A DNA stretch of 64,000 nucleotides from Candidatus Obscuribacterales bacterium (GTDB lineage Bacteria > Cyanobacteriota > Vampirovibrionia > Obscuribacterales > Obscuribacteraceae), in the NCBI GenBank assembly GCA_965228855.1, contig CBDDIJ010000002.1, positions 1,344,001-1,408,000 on the forward strand, in the 5' to 3' direction. The position numbers and the translations under genes were made by a program. The notes under the pieces were generated by a model. That model did no database searches and had not been told where the DNA came from. It worked only from the letters and a program-made list of their open reading frames with translations. Shown here piece by piece: positions 19,727 to 29,858 of the stretch; position 1 is the first letter of the stretch, and every line of letters starts with the position of its first letter.

Positions 19727-22700
19727 ATGTTCGGGAAAGACCAGTCTGATTGGAAGGAAGCCTTGAAACACCCGCCCGCAAAGGCTCTGGCAAAGATACG
19801 GGAGTTTTTTGACAGGTCTACAAACAATAAGCGGATTGAGGCGATGGTTGGGATTGGTCGGCTTGCTGCTGACGGAAAACAGGAAGCACAATTCATAATA
19901 TCTGAGATGCGAGGCGGTGACTTTTCCGAAAGGCTGCTGGCTTTGCACTCGTGTCATGGAAGCCGCGATGGCGGGCACATGCTTGCAGCTGTTTCAGACA
20001 AGTCGGAAACCATCAGAGCCGTTGCCCGGCGGTTGATAACTATATATGGAACTGATGAGGAAACTGTCGGCGCGTTCGCTCTGTTGCCGCGATGTGCGCG
20101 TAAGAGTTTTCTCCGGCAAATGCGCCTGCGCAAACGGTTTGAACCGCTCGATCGAATTCTGGCTGAACTTGCCGATAGTGATGTTCAGGACTTCAGGTCT
20201 TATCTCCCGTACGGTTCAGAAGATTTTGTTCGGAAACATTGGGCGCCGGTCGAAGTCGACACAAGCGTTATGGATTGGGAGCGTCTTGCTCGAAATAGGC
20301 GCGAGTATGCGTCGGAAAGACTGCTTCAGTTGTTGTCGGCACTGGATTCGTTCGAGCCCAGAAGCATCTGGATTGCCAATTCTGTTCTGGCTTTGCTTGC
20401 GAAGAATCGGGTTGATTCAACGATGGACGTGGTCGACGAGATGCTCCGAGTGTGCTCGTTGAATCAAATTCGTCTCAAGGAAGTTGTGCGCGCGTTTCCG
20501 GTCGCTGTTGCCAAAATTTGTGAGGCAAGCGAGGATCGGGCGAACATTGATTTTTATGATGCTTTTCACAAGCTTGACGGCGACTTGCTAATTGAGATTT
20601 TGCGCAGATACCCCCCGCGTCATGGGATCGTGAAGATCTTAAGCCGGCTACCTGTATCTACGCGACTGGTTGTTTATGAAAACCTAGCGGCGGCTTGGCG
20701 CAGTGATTACCAGGGCATGATCGATGACGGCATTGTCGAACAGATGCCCGCAGATATCCGTGAGCGGGAGGCTTTAACGCATCTTGCAATGGACTCGCTG
20801 CTTACGAATCCGCAGTTGAGAATGAAGTATGTTCCATTCTTACCATTCGACAAGGTCAAGGAATTTGTAAAAACGCCAATTTCTGATCCTGCCCCAGAGC
20901 TTCGCGGAGTGGCTTGGTCTGCCCTGATCGGAGCCGTGAGGTTTAACAAGAATGAAATCGCGTATGTTTTAGAAGAACTGAAAAAGAAGAAACGTGAGCA
21001 AGATCCGGTTCGACAGGTTATCGCGCAATCGCTCTCGACGTTGCCACCATCCGTATTCAAAGAAGCTCAATTGGCAGACCTCGGGCAGCTTGTGAAAGAT
21101 GCTCTCGAGTCTCGAGACCTATCTTCTACAACTACATATTATTTTGAAGTATTGATACTGCAATTGGTGCCGTTCTATCCAGCGTGGGCTTCAGAATGTC
21201 TCGCACTCTTCTGGCGTGAACGTGGGCGTGCCTCGGTTCCGGACTTTGAAGTTCGTATAAATGATCGAGAAGCCATAGCGATGGAACCGGCGATAGCTGC
21301 CGTTCTGAAGCAATGGACCAAAAAAGAATATGAATTTGCTGCCGTCACGACTGCTCGTCTCTTTGGGCGTCGGCTCAAAGTTATGAAGCAAATTATTGTG
21401 ATGCTCGAGGACATTGTTTTAAACAGTCACAATTTCGAGTATGCCGATGATGCTTTCGAAGTTTTGAAAAAATTCGCGCATGCATCGCTTGCAGGGCTGG
21501 TTCCGCGCATGCTCAAGAAGGATGCTTCCTGGGGGACTCAACCGGCAGTGGTGGATTATCTTCTCAAATACAGACAAGATTTATTGACGCCTTTTCTTGG
21601 ACAAGTTGCGCATCGGGGGCGCTTCAGCTCCGGCAAACGCGCTGTAGTGCCTCGTCTGTCTAAAGGTTTGTCGCGTCTGACCTCGGAGCAGCTTAAAATT
21701 TACGCAAAGTCTCTGAATGCGATGGCGAATGATAAGGAGAGTCATGGATATGAGAAAGCGTTTGCCGTCACTTATTTGTCGAAAATTCCAAGTTGCCCAA
21801 TCGACTATTTGAGCCAATTTATCGAGAACCCGAAGTTCGGGACTTATGAACGCCACCTTGCGTTTACAGAATTGTCTCGTCTGGACGAGGGGCAAGGTAT
21901 ACCTGTTCTATTGAAGGCCCTCAGTGATCCAGAGCAAGCATATGCCGCCATTTACACTCTTCGCACGTCTCTTATGAAGATGCCGGGAGAGCAAGCTTTC
22001 GAAATACTGGACAACGTTTCATCGAAGCAAATAACTGTTGAGAAGGAGGTTGTACGCCTGTTGGGAGACATCCGATACGAGGCGGCGCTGCAAAAGGTTT
22101 TCATACTGGCGAACGCTGAACTGCATCGTGACGTGCGAGTAGCGGTTGTAGGGGCTCTCTGGCGAAATCTGGATCGTGCTGAGAGTTGGGATATTCTGTC
22201 GAAGTTGATTGATGGCGAGGAAGAAGCCGTTGCATTCGCCGTGATTCGGACGCCCTCCGAGCGCCTTAATCCAAACGGGCAAAAGTTGTTGGTAGGTCTT
22301 TTGCTTCGAGGTTTGAAGCACGACTCTATAAGAGTTCGAATGAAAACTCTGGAGCGACTCGGGTTCTCTCCTGTTAGTGACATAGAGATGGAGCTGTTAG
22401 GTGGTGTGATTGATTCTCTGTCTTCTGAATCTCAGGATGAGTGCAGAATGGCTGCCAGAGCCATGTTGCAGCTCTATGGGCACACAGCGTTGTCCGCTTT
22501 CCCGAAGGCTGCGCTGGCTGTCGTTGCGAAGCGGCGCAACATCGTCATCTTGGTGGAGCAGTTGGAAACGGCTCTAATATCGCAGCGCTCAAGGCTTGCT
22601 GCTGCGACGTTTGCAACGATTTCCGCTCTCGAAGCCGACCCTCTGACGCTAAGCTTGCGGGCGCGTCTCGCAATTGCGAGCATGCCGTGGGGAGAGCTTA

Positions 22701-23026
22701 CGCAGTGGTTGGAAGAGGTAGTGGCAAAGCAGTTGCTGCACCCGGATCTTCTGTTTGAGATAGGAAACCATTTGACTCGCACGCAGAGGCGCGACGTCGG
22801 GGGTCTGGAGGAACTCGAGTTAGCGCTTTCTAGGTCCGATTCTGAAAACTTAAGACGCATCGCGCTTTACGCACTGGTCGCTCAATCGGGTGGCTATCGA
22901 GGGTGGACGGAGGAACGTTTTGATCGGTTGGAAGCGTTTCGAAATGATCGCTCGCCTTTTATAGCCGAAGTTGCGCAGTTCACGCTGCCTTCGGAGGAAG
23001 AGGCGGTTAAGGCCGCGCGCAGATAA
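19727..23026 (+). CDS. Large (~1100 aa) alpha-solenoid HEAT/ARM-like protein of unknown function
   Basis: Long helical ORF with HEAT-like units (VEKEVVRLLG, LHRDVRVAVVGAL). GGAG lies 6 nt before ATG 19727. Confidence 0.7.
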   Translation: MFGKDQSDWKEALKHPPAKALAKIREFFDRSTNNKRIEAMVGIGRLAADGKQEAQFIISEMRGGDFSERLLALHSCHGSRDGGHMLAAVSDKSETIRAVARRLITIYGTDEETVGAFALLPRCARKSFLRQMRLRKRFEPLDRILAELADSDVQDFRSYLPYGSEDFVRKHWAPVEVDTSVMDWERLARNRREYASERLLQLLSALDSFEPRSIWIANSVLALLAKNRVDSTMDVVDEMLRVCSLNQIRLKEVVRAFPVAVAKICEASEDRANIDFYDAFHKLDGDLLIEILRRYPPRHGIVKILSRLPVSTRLVVYENLAAAWRSDYQGMIDDGIVEQMPADIREREALTHLAMDSLLTNPQLRMKYVPFLPFDKVKEFVKTPISDPAPELRGVAWSALIGAVRFNKNEIAYVLEELKKKKREQDPVRQVIAQSLSTLPPSVFKEAQLADLGQLVKDALESRDLSSTTTYYFEVLILQLVPFYPAWASECLALFWRERGRASVPDFEVRINDREAIAMEPAIAAVLKQWTKKEYEFAAVTTARLFGRRLKVMKQIIVMLEDIVLNSHNFEYADDAFEVLKKFAHASLAGLVPRMLKKDASWGTQPAVVDYLLKYRQDLLTPFLGQVAHRGRFSSGKRAVVPRLSKGLSRLTSEQLKIYAKSLNAMANDKESHGYEKAFAVTYLSKIPSCPIDYLSQFIENPKFGTYERHLAFTELSRLDEGQGIPVLLKALSDPEQAYAAIYTLRTSLMKMPGEQAFEILDNVSSKQITVEKEVVRLLGDIRYEAALQKVFILANAELHRDVRVAVVGALWRNLDRAESWDILSKLIDGEEEAVAFAVIRTPSERLNPNGQKLLVGLLLRGLKHDSIRVRMKTLERLGFSPVSDIEMELLGGVIDSLSSESQDECRMAARAMLQLYGHTALSAFPKAALAVVAKRRNIVILVEQLETALISQRSRLAAATFATISALEADPLTLSLRARLAIASMPWGELTQWLEEVVAKQLLHPDLLFEIGNHLTRTQRRDVGGLEELELALSRSDSENLRRIALYALVAQSGGYRGWTEERFDRLEAFRNDRSPFIAEVAQFTLPSEEEAVKAARR

Positions 23027-23089
23027 ACTTAAACTCAAATTCCTCATGACTACTTGTCATATAATACGCGCGTATTTTTGGACGGCGTC

Positions 23090-24793
23090 ATGACCACTTC
23101 ATCGCGTTGCGAAAAGTTAGTGCCGGCGGGCTCGGATAAGACTTCGCCCGAGGGAAACGGTAGCCCTTTATTTTTTGCTGTCGCGGTCGGTATCGCCGGC
23201 GGTGCTCTTGCGTTGTGGTGTGCGTTCGATCACGCTGTTCCGAGTTGGGATGCTGCCGGGCATCTTCTCAACGGTTTGTCCTATCGCGACTTATTCAGGC
23301 ACGCGAAACCGTTTGATTTGCATTGGTACCATCAACTTCTTACCGTTAACTGTTTCTATCCGCCCTTGACCTATGTTCTTGCAGGCGCCGTTAAGACAGC
23401 TTTGGGGACCAGTCTTTGGACTGATTCACTGATGAAGGTTTTCTATCTCACGGTGTTGAACGTGAGTGTCTATGGGTTAGTTTCAAAACTAACTAAAGAC
23501 CGATTGGCTGCTGTCTTCTCGTTACTGGTCGTCAATCTATATCCAGAAGTTGCAGCAGAAAGCCATAAGAGTATGCTCGACTTTCCGGTCATGTCGATGA
23601 CTGCTCTAAGTTTATTTGCTTTAGCTAGTTGGAACGAGAAGCGTGACTGGAAACGTGCATCGCTTGTGGCTCTTGCCACAGCAGCTGCTCTGATGACGAA
23701 ACAAGTTTGTGCTGCATTCTTGCTTTTGCCGTTTGCCTTTTACGCCGTTGGCGCTGTCAGGGAAAAGCGGTGGAACCAGGTTGGAATGCTGGTATCGAGC
23801 GGTTTGGCTGCTGGAGCGGCCTTGATTCCCTGGATGCTTGTATCGGCTCCGACGATCAAGAAAGTTGCAGCTGAAATTCAAGTCGCGCTGGGGAACAAGC
23901 AGGTCTCCGACGTTTTCTTCAGCAATATTGTTGCCTACATTGGTTTCATTCCAGCGATGGCGACGCCGTTTCTTCTCATCGTCGCGATTGCGAGCGTGTT
24001 TCTTCTGAGGAGGGAGCGGCATAAGCAGCTTGCGGTGTTGTGGCTGTCGGCGCTATCCGGTTTAATCGCCTTGAGCACGCTGACCTGGCAGTATGCGTTG
24101 CCGCGGTACTTTATTTCAGCCTTGATCGTTCTTGCTGCGTACACCGGATGTGCGCTGGCAACATTATGGCGAGCGGAGGGGCTCTCGAAGCGCGCTGCAG
24201 GTGCGACAGAGGAACGGAGGAACCTGCTCAGAGGACGCGCAGTGGTTGCCGCACTTTTACTGACCGGCGCAGTTGGATACACGGCTATAAATTTCTCTCC
24301 GTATCCCCTCGCTGAGAATCGGGGGCTTGATTTTGTGCGTGCGGTTGCCTTGCGACCGGTTACTAAAGGAACTAAAGACAGGTTCGAACACCCTTGTCCT
24401 GACGAGGATTGGGGGATCGGTTGGGCGCTCTGGGAAATTAAGAACAGGGATGGTGATGCGCCTGTCTGGTTGAATGTCTTACCGAGCACGCAGCAAATAA
24501 ATGTTCATGCTTTCGAATATTTCGCACGTCATGGTAGCTTCCAAGTTAAACCAACCACGTCTCGCTCATGGTCGGCTGCAGGCGACTCTTCGAAGTTTCA
24601 CGAAGAAGATGCTTTGCACTACCAGTGGTATCTGTTGAAGACAGGCGAGCAAGGCTTCAAGTTCCACGACCATCACAGTCGGGTTGGATTCAATCAGTTA
24701 GTCAACTTCATCGAGACCGGCGGAAAGTTTCAGCTGATCTCTGAAAAGAGTCTTCCTGACGGTAGTATCGCGTCTCTCTATCGACAACGATGA
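23090..24793 (+). CDS. GT-C membrane glycosyltransferase (ArnT/PMT-like)
   Basis: PSWDAAGHL, FYPPLTY, MLDFP, LMTKQ, PRY and many TM helices. Confidence 0.8.
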   Translation: MTTSSRCEKLVPAGSDKTSPEGNGSPLFFAVAVGIAGGALALWCAFDHAVPSWDAAGHLLNGLSYRDLFRHAKPFDLHWYHQLLTVNCFYPPLTYVLAGAVKTALGTSLWTDSLMKVFYLTVLNVSVYGLVSKLTKDRLAAVFSLLVVNLYPEVAAESHKSMLDFPVMSMTALSLFALASWNEKRDWKRASLVALATAAALMTKQVCAAFLLLPFAFYAVGAVREKRWNQVGMLVSSGLAAGAALIPWMLVSAPTIKKVAAEIQVALGNKQVSDVFFSNIVAYIGFIPAMATPFLLIVAIASVFLLRRERHKQLAVLWLSALSGLIALSTLTWQYALPRYFISALIVLAAYTGCALATLWRAEGLSKRAAGATEERRNLLRGRAVVAALLLTGAVGYTAINFSPYPLAENRGLDFVRAVALRPVTKGTKDRFEHPCPDEDWGIGWALWEIKNRDGDAPVWLNVLPSTQQINVHAFEYFARHGSFQVKPTTSRSWSAAGDSSKFHEEDALHYQWYLLKTGEQGFKFHDHHSRVGFNQLVNFIETGGKFQLISEKSLPDGSIASLYRQR

Positions 24794-24846
24794 ACAGCTA
24801 GCCGGTTGCGTAGTAGGTGGCCGTTCTTCGCTGTTGAAAACCAGTT

Positions 24847-26139
24847 CTATTGAAACGGCCAGCGAATCGGAAGCGAGCCGACAGTCGTTTTATTCTTCAT
24901 CGAGCGCGCGGCGAGTTCCCGATCTTTGCCTATTTCTTCTGCGACATAGCTGAACACGCGAGTTCCGCCCTTTCCGTTTAAGTGCACGGAATCTTCAAAG
25001 TCTTCTGTTGTGAATGTGTGCTTGTCCAGCGGCTTCACTACCTTGGCATCATATTTGGTGGCAAGCATTTCTACTTTCTTTTCGAAGCGTGCTTTTATGT
25101 CGTCCGGCAACAGGGCTAAATTCTCATTGGTGACCGGCATCTCGACGAGAACGACAGGAATCTCATGCGACTGGGCGAGCGCTAAAAATTTGTCGAGATA
25201 GCTCATCTGGGTTTTGAAAACTTGATTGTTCACCGGTAAGTAAATGCGTCGATATTCTTTTAGATCGAAGAGATTGTTCTTCCGTGCCTCGTAAATGGGT
25301 TTGGAGTTGTCCAGCACGCCGCTGTCATTTTTCGGTTCTGCAATCAGATCCGCGGTGGGAACCGATGCCGTTGCGGCTGCTGCCTTTTCCATTTCCTTAG
25401 TAGCGTTGTAGAGGTCGACAGGATGCCCGGTGACGCGCGCGGTGTAGCCGGTCAGGAACGTTTTATAATCGCCTCTGTTTTTATACACATCCGAGAAATA
25501 TCCCAGAGCGAAATTCGTAATTGATTCCTTCGACCGCTTCTGCTCGAAGAGATCCTTTATGCAAGTGAGGTCAGCGAGAATCGAATAGGTGGGAGTCTTT
25601 TCAGGGTCCTGGCGCAGGTTATCGAGGAAGTCCCGAGGCGCGATTCCCAGGACGATCATCTCAGGTGACTTTCCGCTGTCCAGATATTTTTTGAGGATCA
25701 AATACTGGTCGGACATGATACTAGCCGCGACTGCTAAATCCAATACGTTGCGTTGCTTTCCTGACTCGCGGGCAAGTTCGTTTTGAAAGAAGTCAGCCTT
25801 AGTGTATTCATCGATGACGTTGCGATAATACCAGCGGTCGTATCGAGTTTTCCGCTTATAGAAGTCGTCATCGCAGCGGACGGATGGAACGAGGACTAAT
25901 GATGAGCCAAGGAGCAAAACTTGCGGGTTCTCGTGCGCAGACATACACGGAGGTAGTTTTGCCACCAGGAAGTTTTGATTGATCGTAGTCAGACCTGTGT
26001 GGTTAAACAGTCGCAGGGGCTTCACTTCCTTGATGACCGCCTCCGCCGCAATGAACATGCCGATCATCAGAATGGTCGTGCTGCCGGCGATGGTGGTCGC
26101 TAGCCGCTTTAGTTTTCCTGGTGTGGTTCCGTTTGTCAC
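24847..26139 (-). CDS. SGNH-like periplasmic acyl-transfer partner (DUF1574/AlgJ/DltD-like)
   Basis: N-terminal TM anchor, LLGSS, C-terminal FEDSVHLN (DxxH). Directly downstream of the MBOAT gene. Confidence 0.7.
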   Translation of the reverse strand: MTNGTTPGKLKRLATTIAGSTTILMIGMFIAAEAVIKEVKPLRLFNHTGLTTINQNFLVAKLPPCMSAHENPQVLLLGSSLVLVPSVRCDDDFYKRKTRYDRWYYRNVIDEYTKADFFQNELARESGKQRNVLDLAVAASIMSDQYLILKKYLDSGKSPEMIVLGIAPRDFLDNLRQDPEKTPTYSILADLTCIKDLFEQKRSKESITNFALGYFSDVYKNRGDYKTFLTGYTARVTGHPVDLYNATKEMEKAAAATASVPTADLIAEPKNDSGVLDNSKPIYEARKNNLFDLKEYRRIYLPVNNQVFKTQMSYLDKFLALAQSHEIPVVLVEMPVTNENLALLPDDIKARFEKKVEMLATKYDAKVVKPLDKHTFTTEDFEDSVHLNGKGGTRVFSYVAEEIGKDRELAARSMKNKTTVGSLPIRWPFQ

Positions 26140-26195
26140 TGCTGTGGATTGCCGTTTCAGAGAGTTGCTGCTTTGCTTGTTTCGCTCGCGAATAA

Positions 26196-27653
26196 CTAGA
26201 ACTGGAAGTATATAAACGGTTTGGAATCGTCCGGTGTGAATGTGATGATTGCAAACAGAAGAGCCGTGCAGAATACGGCTTTGACAGGAGCAGGGAGCTT
26301 CTTGAAGTATTGCTTGGTGTTCAGGTAACTCACCGGCAAGTTTTGAATCAACAGCAAGGCTACCATCGCCATCACCACGGGCACTACCACAGGCATGTTC
26401 TCCTTAAGAACGAAGAACTGACCCTGCTCTGCCGCAGCGTAGATTGGTTTGAAAAACACCATGCGTTTTACAATCGAAAATGCGGTGCCGATGTTTTCGA
26501 CACGGAAGAAAACCCAACCGACGCAGACTACGTGGAAGGTCAAGAGAAGCGACATTACGTGAAATACTTTCGTCTGCGCAAACGATTTAAGCCATTCGAC
26601 TTTGTCACGGATAAATGTGAATTCGCGGTGAATGATCAGGGCTAGACCGTGATATACGCCCCAGACGACGAAGCTCCAGCTTGCTCCATGCCACAAACCG
26701 CCAAGTGCCATTGTCAAAAATAGGTTGCGATTTGTCATCCAGCGACCGCCGCGTGAGCCGCCCAGCGGAATGAAAAGGTAGTCTCTGAGCCAGGTTGAAA
26801 GCGAGATGTGCCAGCGATGCCAGAAGTCGGAAATATTGCTGGCGATGTACGGCATGTTGAAGTTGATCGGGATTTTGTAGCCGAACAGCATCGCCGAGCC
26901 TCGTGCGATGTCGGTATAGCCGGAGAAATCGAAGTAAATCTGAAATGCGAATGCATAGGCGAAAAGCCAGAGTTCCGGCGCGCCGTAAGAAGACGGTTCT
27001 TGCAGACCCATTTGCACGAGGACCGCCAGGTTGTCGGCGAAAAGGACTTTCTTTGCGAGACCAATCAGGATAAGAGGAAGACCGTCATCGAACATCTTTA
27101 GAGTTGGATGCTTCTCTCGATGCGAGAGCATTTGCGCCACGAAGTCCGGATAACGTTTGATCGGACCGGCTATTTGAGTTGGGAAGAAGGCTGCGAAGAG
27201 TGAGAACAAAACGAAGTTATCGACCGGTTTATTGCCACGGTAAACTTCGAATAGATAGTGGATGAATTCGAATGTGAAGAACGAAATCGCCAGGGGCAAG
27301 ATGATATTCACGTGCCAGTCCGGCGTCTGATGTGTAACCAGACCGACTACCGAAGCTGCGCTGGTAACGAACAGGGTTGCGTATTTGAAGACGCCGAGGC
27401 AGAGCAGGTTGGCGGTGATGCCGATGCCGAAGATAAGTTTGCGGTGGCTCTGAGCGTTGTGGAGAATGTTGCCCAGCATGTAGTTAGCGGCTGTCATGCC
27501 GACGATGAGCAGAATGAATGCTGGGTTCCAGCACATGTAGAAGAACCAGCTCGCCGCGAGCAGCATGGGCAAGCGGAACTTCAGCGGCAGCACCCAGAAG
27601 AGCGTGACCACCACCGGTAAAAACAGCAGGTAATCGAGGCTAGTGAAAAGCAT
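26196..27653 (-). CDS. MBOAT O-acyltransferase (AlgI/DltB family)
   Basis: LPLAISFFTF, QIYFDFSGYTD, FWHRWHISLSTWLRDYLFIPLGG, GLWHGA, terminal FIYFQF. Confidence 0.95.
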   Translation of the reverse strand: MLFTSLDYLLFLPVVVTLFWVLPLKFRLPMLLAASWFFYMCWNPAFILLIVGMTAANYMLGNILHNAQSHRKLIFGIGITANLLCLGVFKYATLFVTSAASVVGLVTHQTPDWHVNIILPLAISFFTFEFIHYLFEVYRGNKPVDNFVLFSLFAAFFPTQIAGPIKRYPDFVAQMLSHREKHPTLKMFDDGLPLILIGLAKKVLFADNLAVLVQMGLQEPSSYGAPELWLFAYAFAFQIYFDFSGYTDIARGSAMLFGYKIPINFNMPYIASNISDFWHRWHISLSTWLRDYLFIPLGGSRGGRWMTNRNLFLTMALGGLWHGASWSFVVWGVYHGLALIIHREFTFIRDKVEWLKSFAQTKVFHVMSLLLTFHVVCVGWVFFRVENIGTAFSIVKRMVFFKPIYAAAEQGQFFVLKENMPVVVPVVMAMVALLLIQNLPVSYLNTKQYFKKLPAPVKAVFCTALLFAIITFTPDDSKPFIYFQF

Positions 27654-27850
27654 AGCGGTTCCGGCTAATCAACCTATACGGAGGTCCGATGGTAGCATGA
27701 AACCTCTTGTCATTCCGGTCAGTTATCTAAGGTAGGCGAGTTTAAAACTATTTAGCCATCTATTGACTACCCGGCGATAGGCATGGGTTCGCTGGTTTGA
27801 AGAATGTGCCGAAGAATGATCTCGGTTTAATTCCGGGGTTGGATGAATCT

Positions 27851-28417
27851 TTATTGCTTACTAGTTTTCGCTAGATTCAAGCGGGAAATCGCGTAGCTGT
27901 TAATCGCGAGCACGCTAAGCGCATCCGTAATTTCACCAGCTGCCACCATCTGCAGTGCTTCATTAAAGTGAACGCGTTTGGTTGCCAGCTCTTCAGTGCC
28001 ATCCGGTTGTGCAACGCCTTGCGTCAAGCCGGTTGCGAGAAACCAGAATGCTTCTTCGTTCGATACTGAGTTAGATAAGTGCGCGGTTCCGAGAAGCTCC
28101 CAGGTCGAGGCGGATAAACCGGTCTCTTCCAGCAATTCTCTCTGTGCGGCCTCCAGTGGCTCCTCTCCTTCCGGGCATCCGCCTTCTGGAATCTCCCATG
28201 AATAGAGGTCCAGCGGGTATCTGTATTGACCGACCAGGTAAATGAAGCCCTCGTCGTCAATTGGCAAAACGCCGATCGCTTTGTTCTTGTAATGAACGAT
28301 GCCGTAAATCCCTGGACTTCCATCGGGTCGAATGACATTGTCTTCGCGCACTCTGATCCAGGGATTCTCGTAAACAACGCTCTTATCTACTGTGGTCCAG
28401 GGGTTTGCAACTTTCAT
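27851..28417 (-). CDS. NUDIX hydrolase (ADP-ribose pyrophosphatase-like)
   Basis: Nudix box GGCPEGEEPLEAAQRELLEETGL and QYRYP. ATG 28417. Confidence 0.92.
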   Translation of the reverse strand: MKVANPWTTVDKSVVYENPWIRVREDNVIRPDGSPGIYGIVHYKNKAIGVLPIDDEGFIYLVGQYRYPLDLYSWEIPEGGCPEGEEPLEAAQRELLEETGLSASTWELLGTAHLSNSVSNEEAFWFLATGLTQGVAQPDGTEELATKRVHFNEALQMVAAGEITDALSVLAINSYAISRLNLAKTSKQ

Positions 28418-28553
28418 GAGAACTTCGGCCGGTAAGGAAAGGGCGATTTTATCAGTCTGACCTTCCGATAGTAATGACCGCCGGCTCATGTCCGCGAAAC
28501 ACTGCCTGCAAAAGGGCATAGCAGTATTTAGTCTTCTGCTATGTTGAATCGAT

Positions 28554-29858
28554 ATGATTCCCAGTCTGCTTCTGGCCGCATTACTAATTTCAGTCAACGC
28601 ATTCTATGTGGCGGCTGAGTTCGCCACAGTAGCAGCAAGGCGTGCGCAGATCCGGAGACTTGCCCATGATGGAAATGCTGCAGCAGTTCGATTGCTCGAG
28701 ATAATCGAAAAGCCGCGCGAGCTTGACCAGTACATAGCGACCTGTCAGATAGGCATCACCTTCTCCAGTCTCGTCAACGGCGCATATACTGAAGCTAATC
28801 TGGCGCCGATTATTTCGGCTATTTTGATTGATGTTTTTAATCTCGAACCGGCGCCCGCTCTTTCAATTGCAGCTTTTTTCATACTTACGGGGCTCACACT
28901 CACGCAAATTCTCTTTGGTGAGTTGTTCCCTAAAGCCGTTGCACTCACTTATTCTGATCGAATTGCGCTCGCGATGTACTGGCCGTTGACCATATCATCT
29001 AGAATTTTTAAACCGTTTATCTGGTTGCTGAACGGCAGTGGGACTGGATTGCTGGCGTTGTTCGGTGTTCCCGCTTCATCACATAAGCATATTCATTCGC
29101 TCGATGAAATCGAGTTGCTGCTTGCCGACAGTAAGGATGGTGGCTTGCTGGAGCCGGAGGAGCATGAGCGTTTGCATCACGCCATCGAGTTGAGTCAGGA
29201 AACTGCCCGGCAGATTATGACACCGCGGACGAAGCTCACCGCGATGAGCATTCGTGGGGGACTCGAGCAGTGTTATACCCTCGCTCTGGAAAGTCCGTTC
29301 ACTCGTGTTCTGATTTATGGAGAAACCATCGATGACGTTCTCGGTATCGTCAACGTCAAAGATGTTGTATTAGCGCGTATAAACAACAAGGCGGCGGATG
29401 GCATAGAACCGTTAATTCGTCCGATTCCAATCGTGCCGGAAAACTTGAGTATGGACCGGCTTATGAAGGAACTCAAGGACCATCACTCGCGTTGTGCGGT
29501 TGTGATGGATGAGCATGGTGGCACTCTCGGTCTGGTTACGGTTGGCGATATACTCGGCGAACTCATGGAAGAGACTGCGGTAGACGAATTCAAGCGCGAC
29601 ATCAAGGTGGAATTTCTCGAAGATGACAGCGTGTGCTTGTCCGGTGCTTATAAGCTCAAGCGTGCCGGCAAGTTTCTCGGTGAAGTCCCTGATACCGATG
29701 CTGATACCATAAACGGGTTGGTGATTGAAACATTGGGGCGCGTTCCCTCACCTGGCGAAATCGTTGAGCTGAAAGATGTGACCCTCGAAATCGAGGACGT
29801 TGAGCATAATGCCGTAACTTACCTGATAGTGCGCAGGAAGGAGGGCGGCGGTGTTTGA
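28554..29858 (+). CDS. CNNM/HlyC-CorC family transporter (DUF21-CBS-CorC)
   Basis: NAFYVAAEFA, CQIGIT, GELFPK, IMTPR, DEHGGTLGLVT. Confidence 0.92.
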   Translation: MIPSLLLAALLISVNAFYVAAEFATVAARRAQIRRLAHDGNAAAVRLLEIIEKPRELDQYIATCQIGITFSSLVNGAYTEANLAPIISAILIDVFNLEPAPALSIAAFFILTGLTLTQILFGELFPKAVALTYSDRIALAMYWPLTISSRIFKPFIWLLNGSGTGLLALFGVPASSHKHIHSLDEIELLLADSKDGGLLEPEEHERLHHAIELSQETARQIMTPRTKLTAMSIRGGLEQCYTLALESPFTRVLIYGETIDDVLGIVNVKDVVLARINNKAADGIEPLIRPIPIVPENLSMDRLMKELKDHHSRCAVVMDEHGGTLGLVTVGDILGELMEETAVDEFKRDIKVEFLEDDSVCLSGAYKLKRAGKFLGEVPDTDADTINGLVIETLGRVPSPGEIVELKDVTLEIEDVEHNAVTYLIVRRKEGGGV

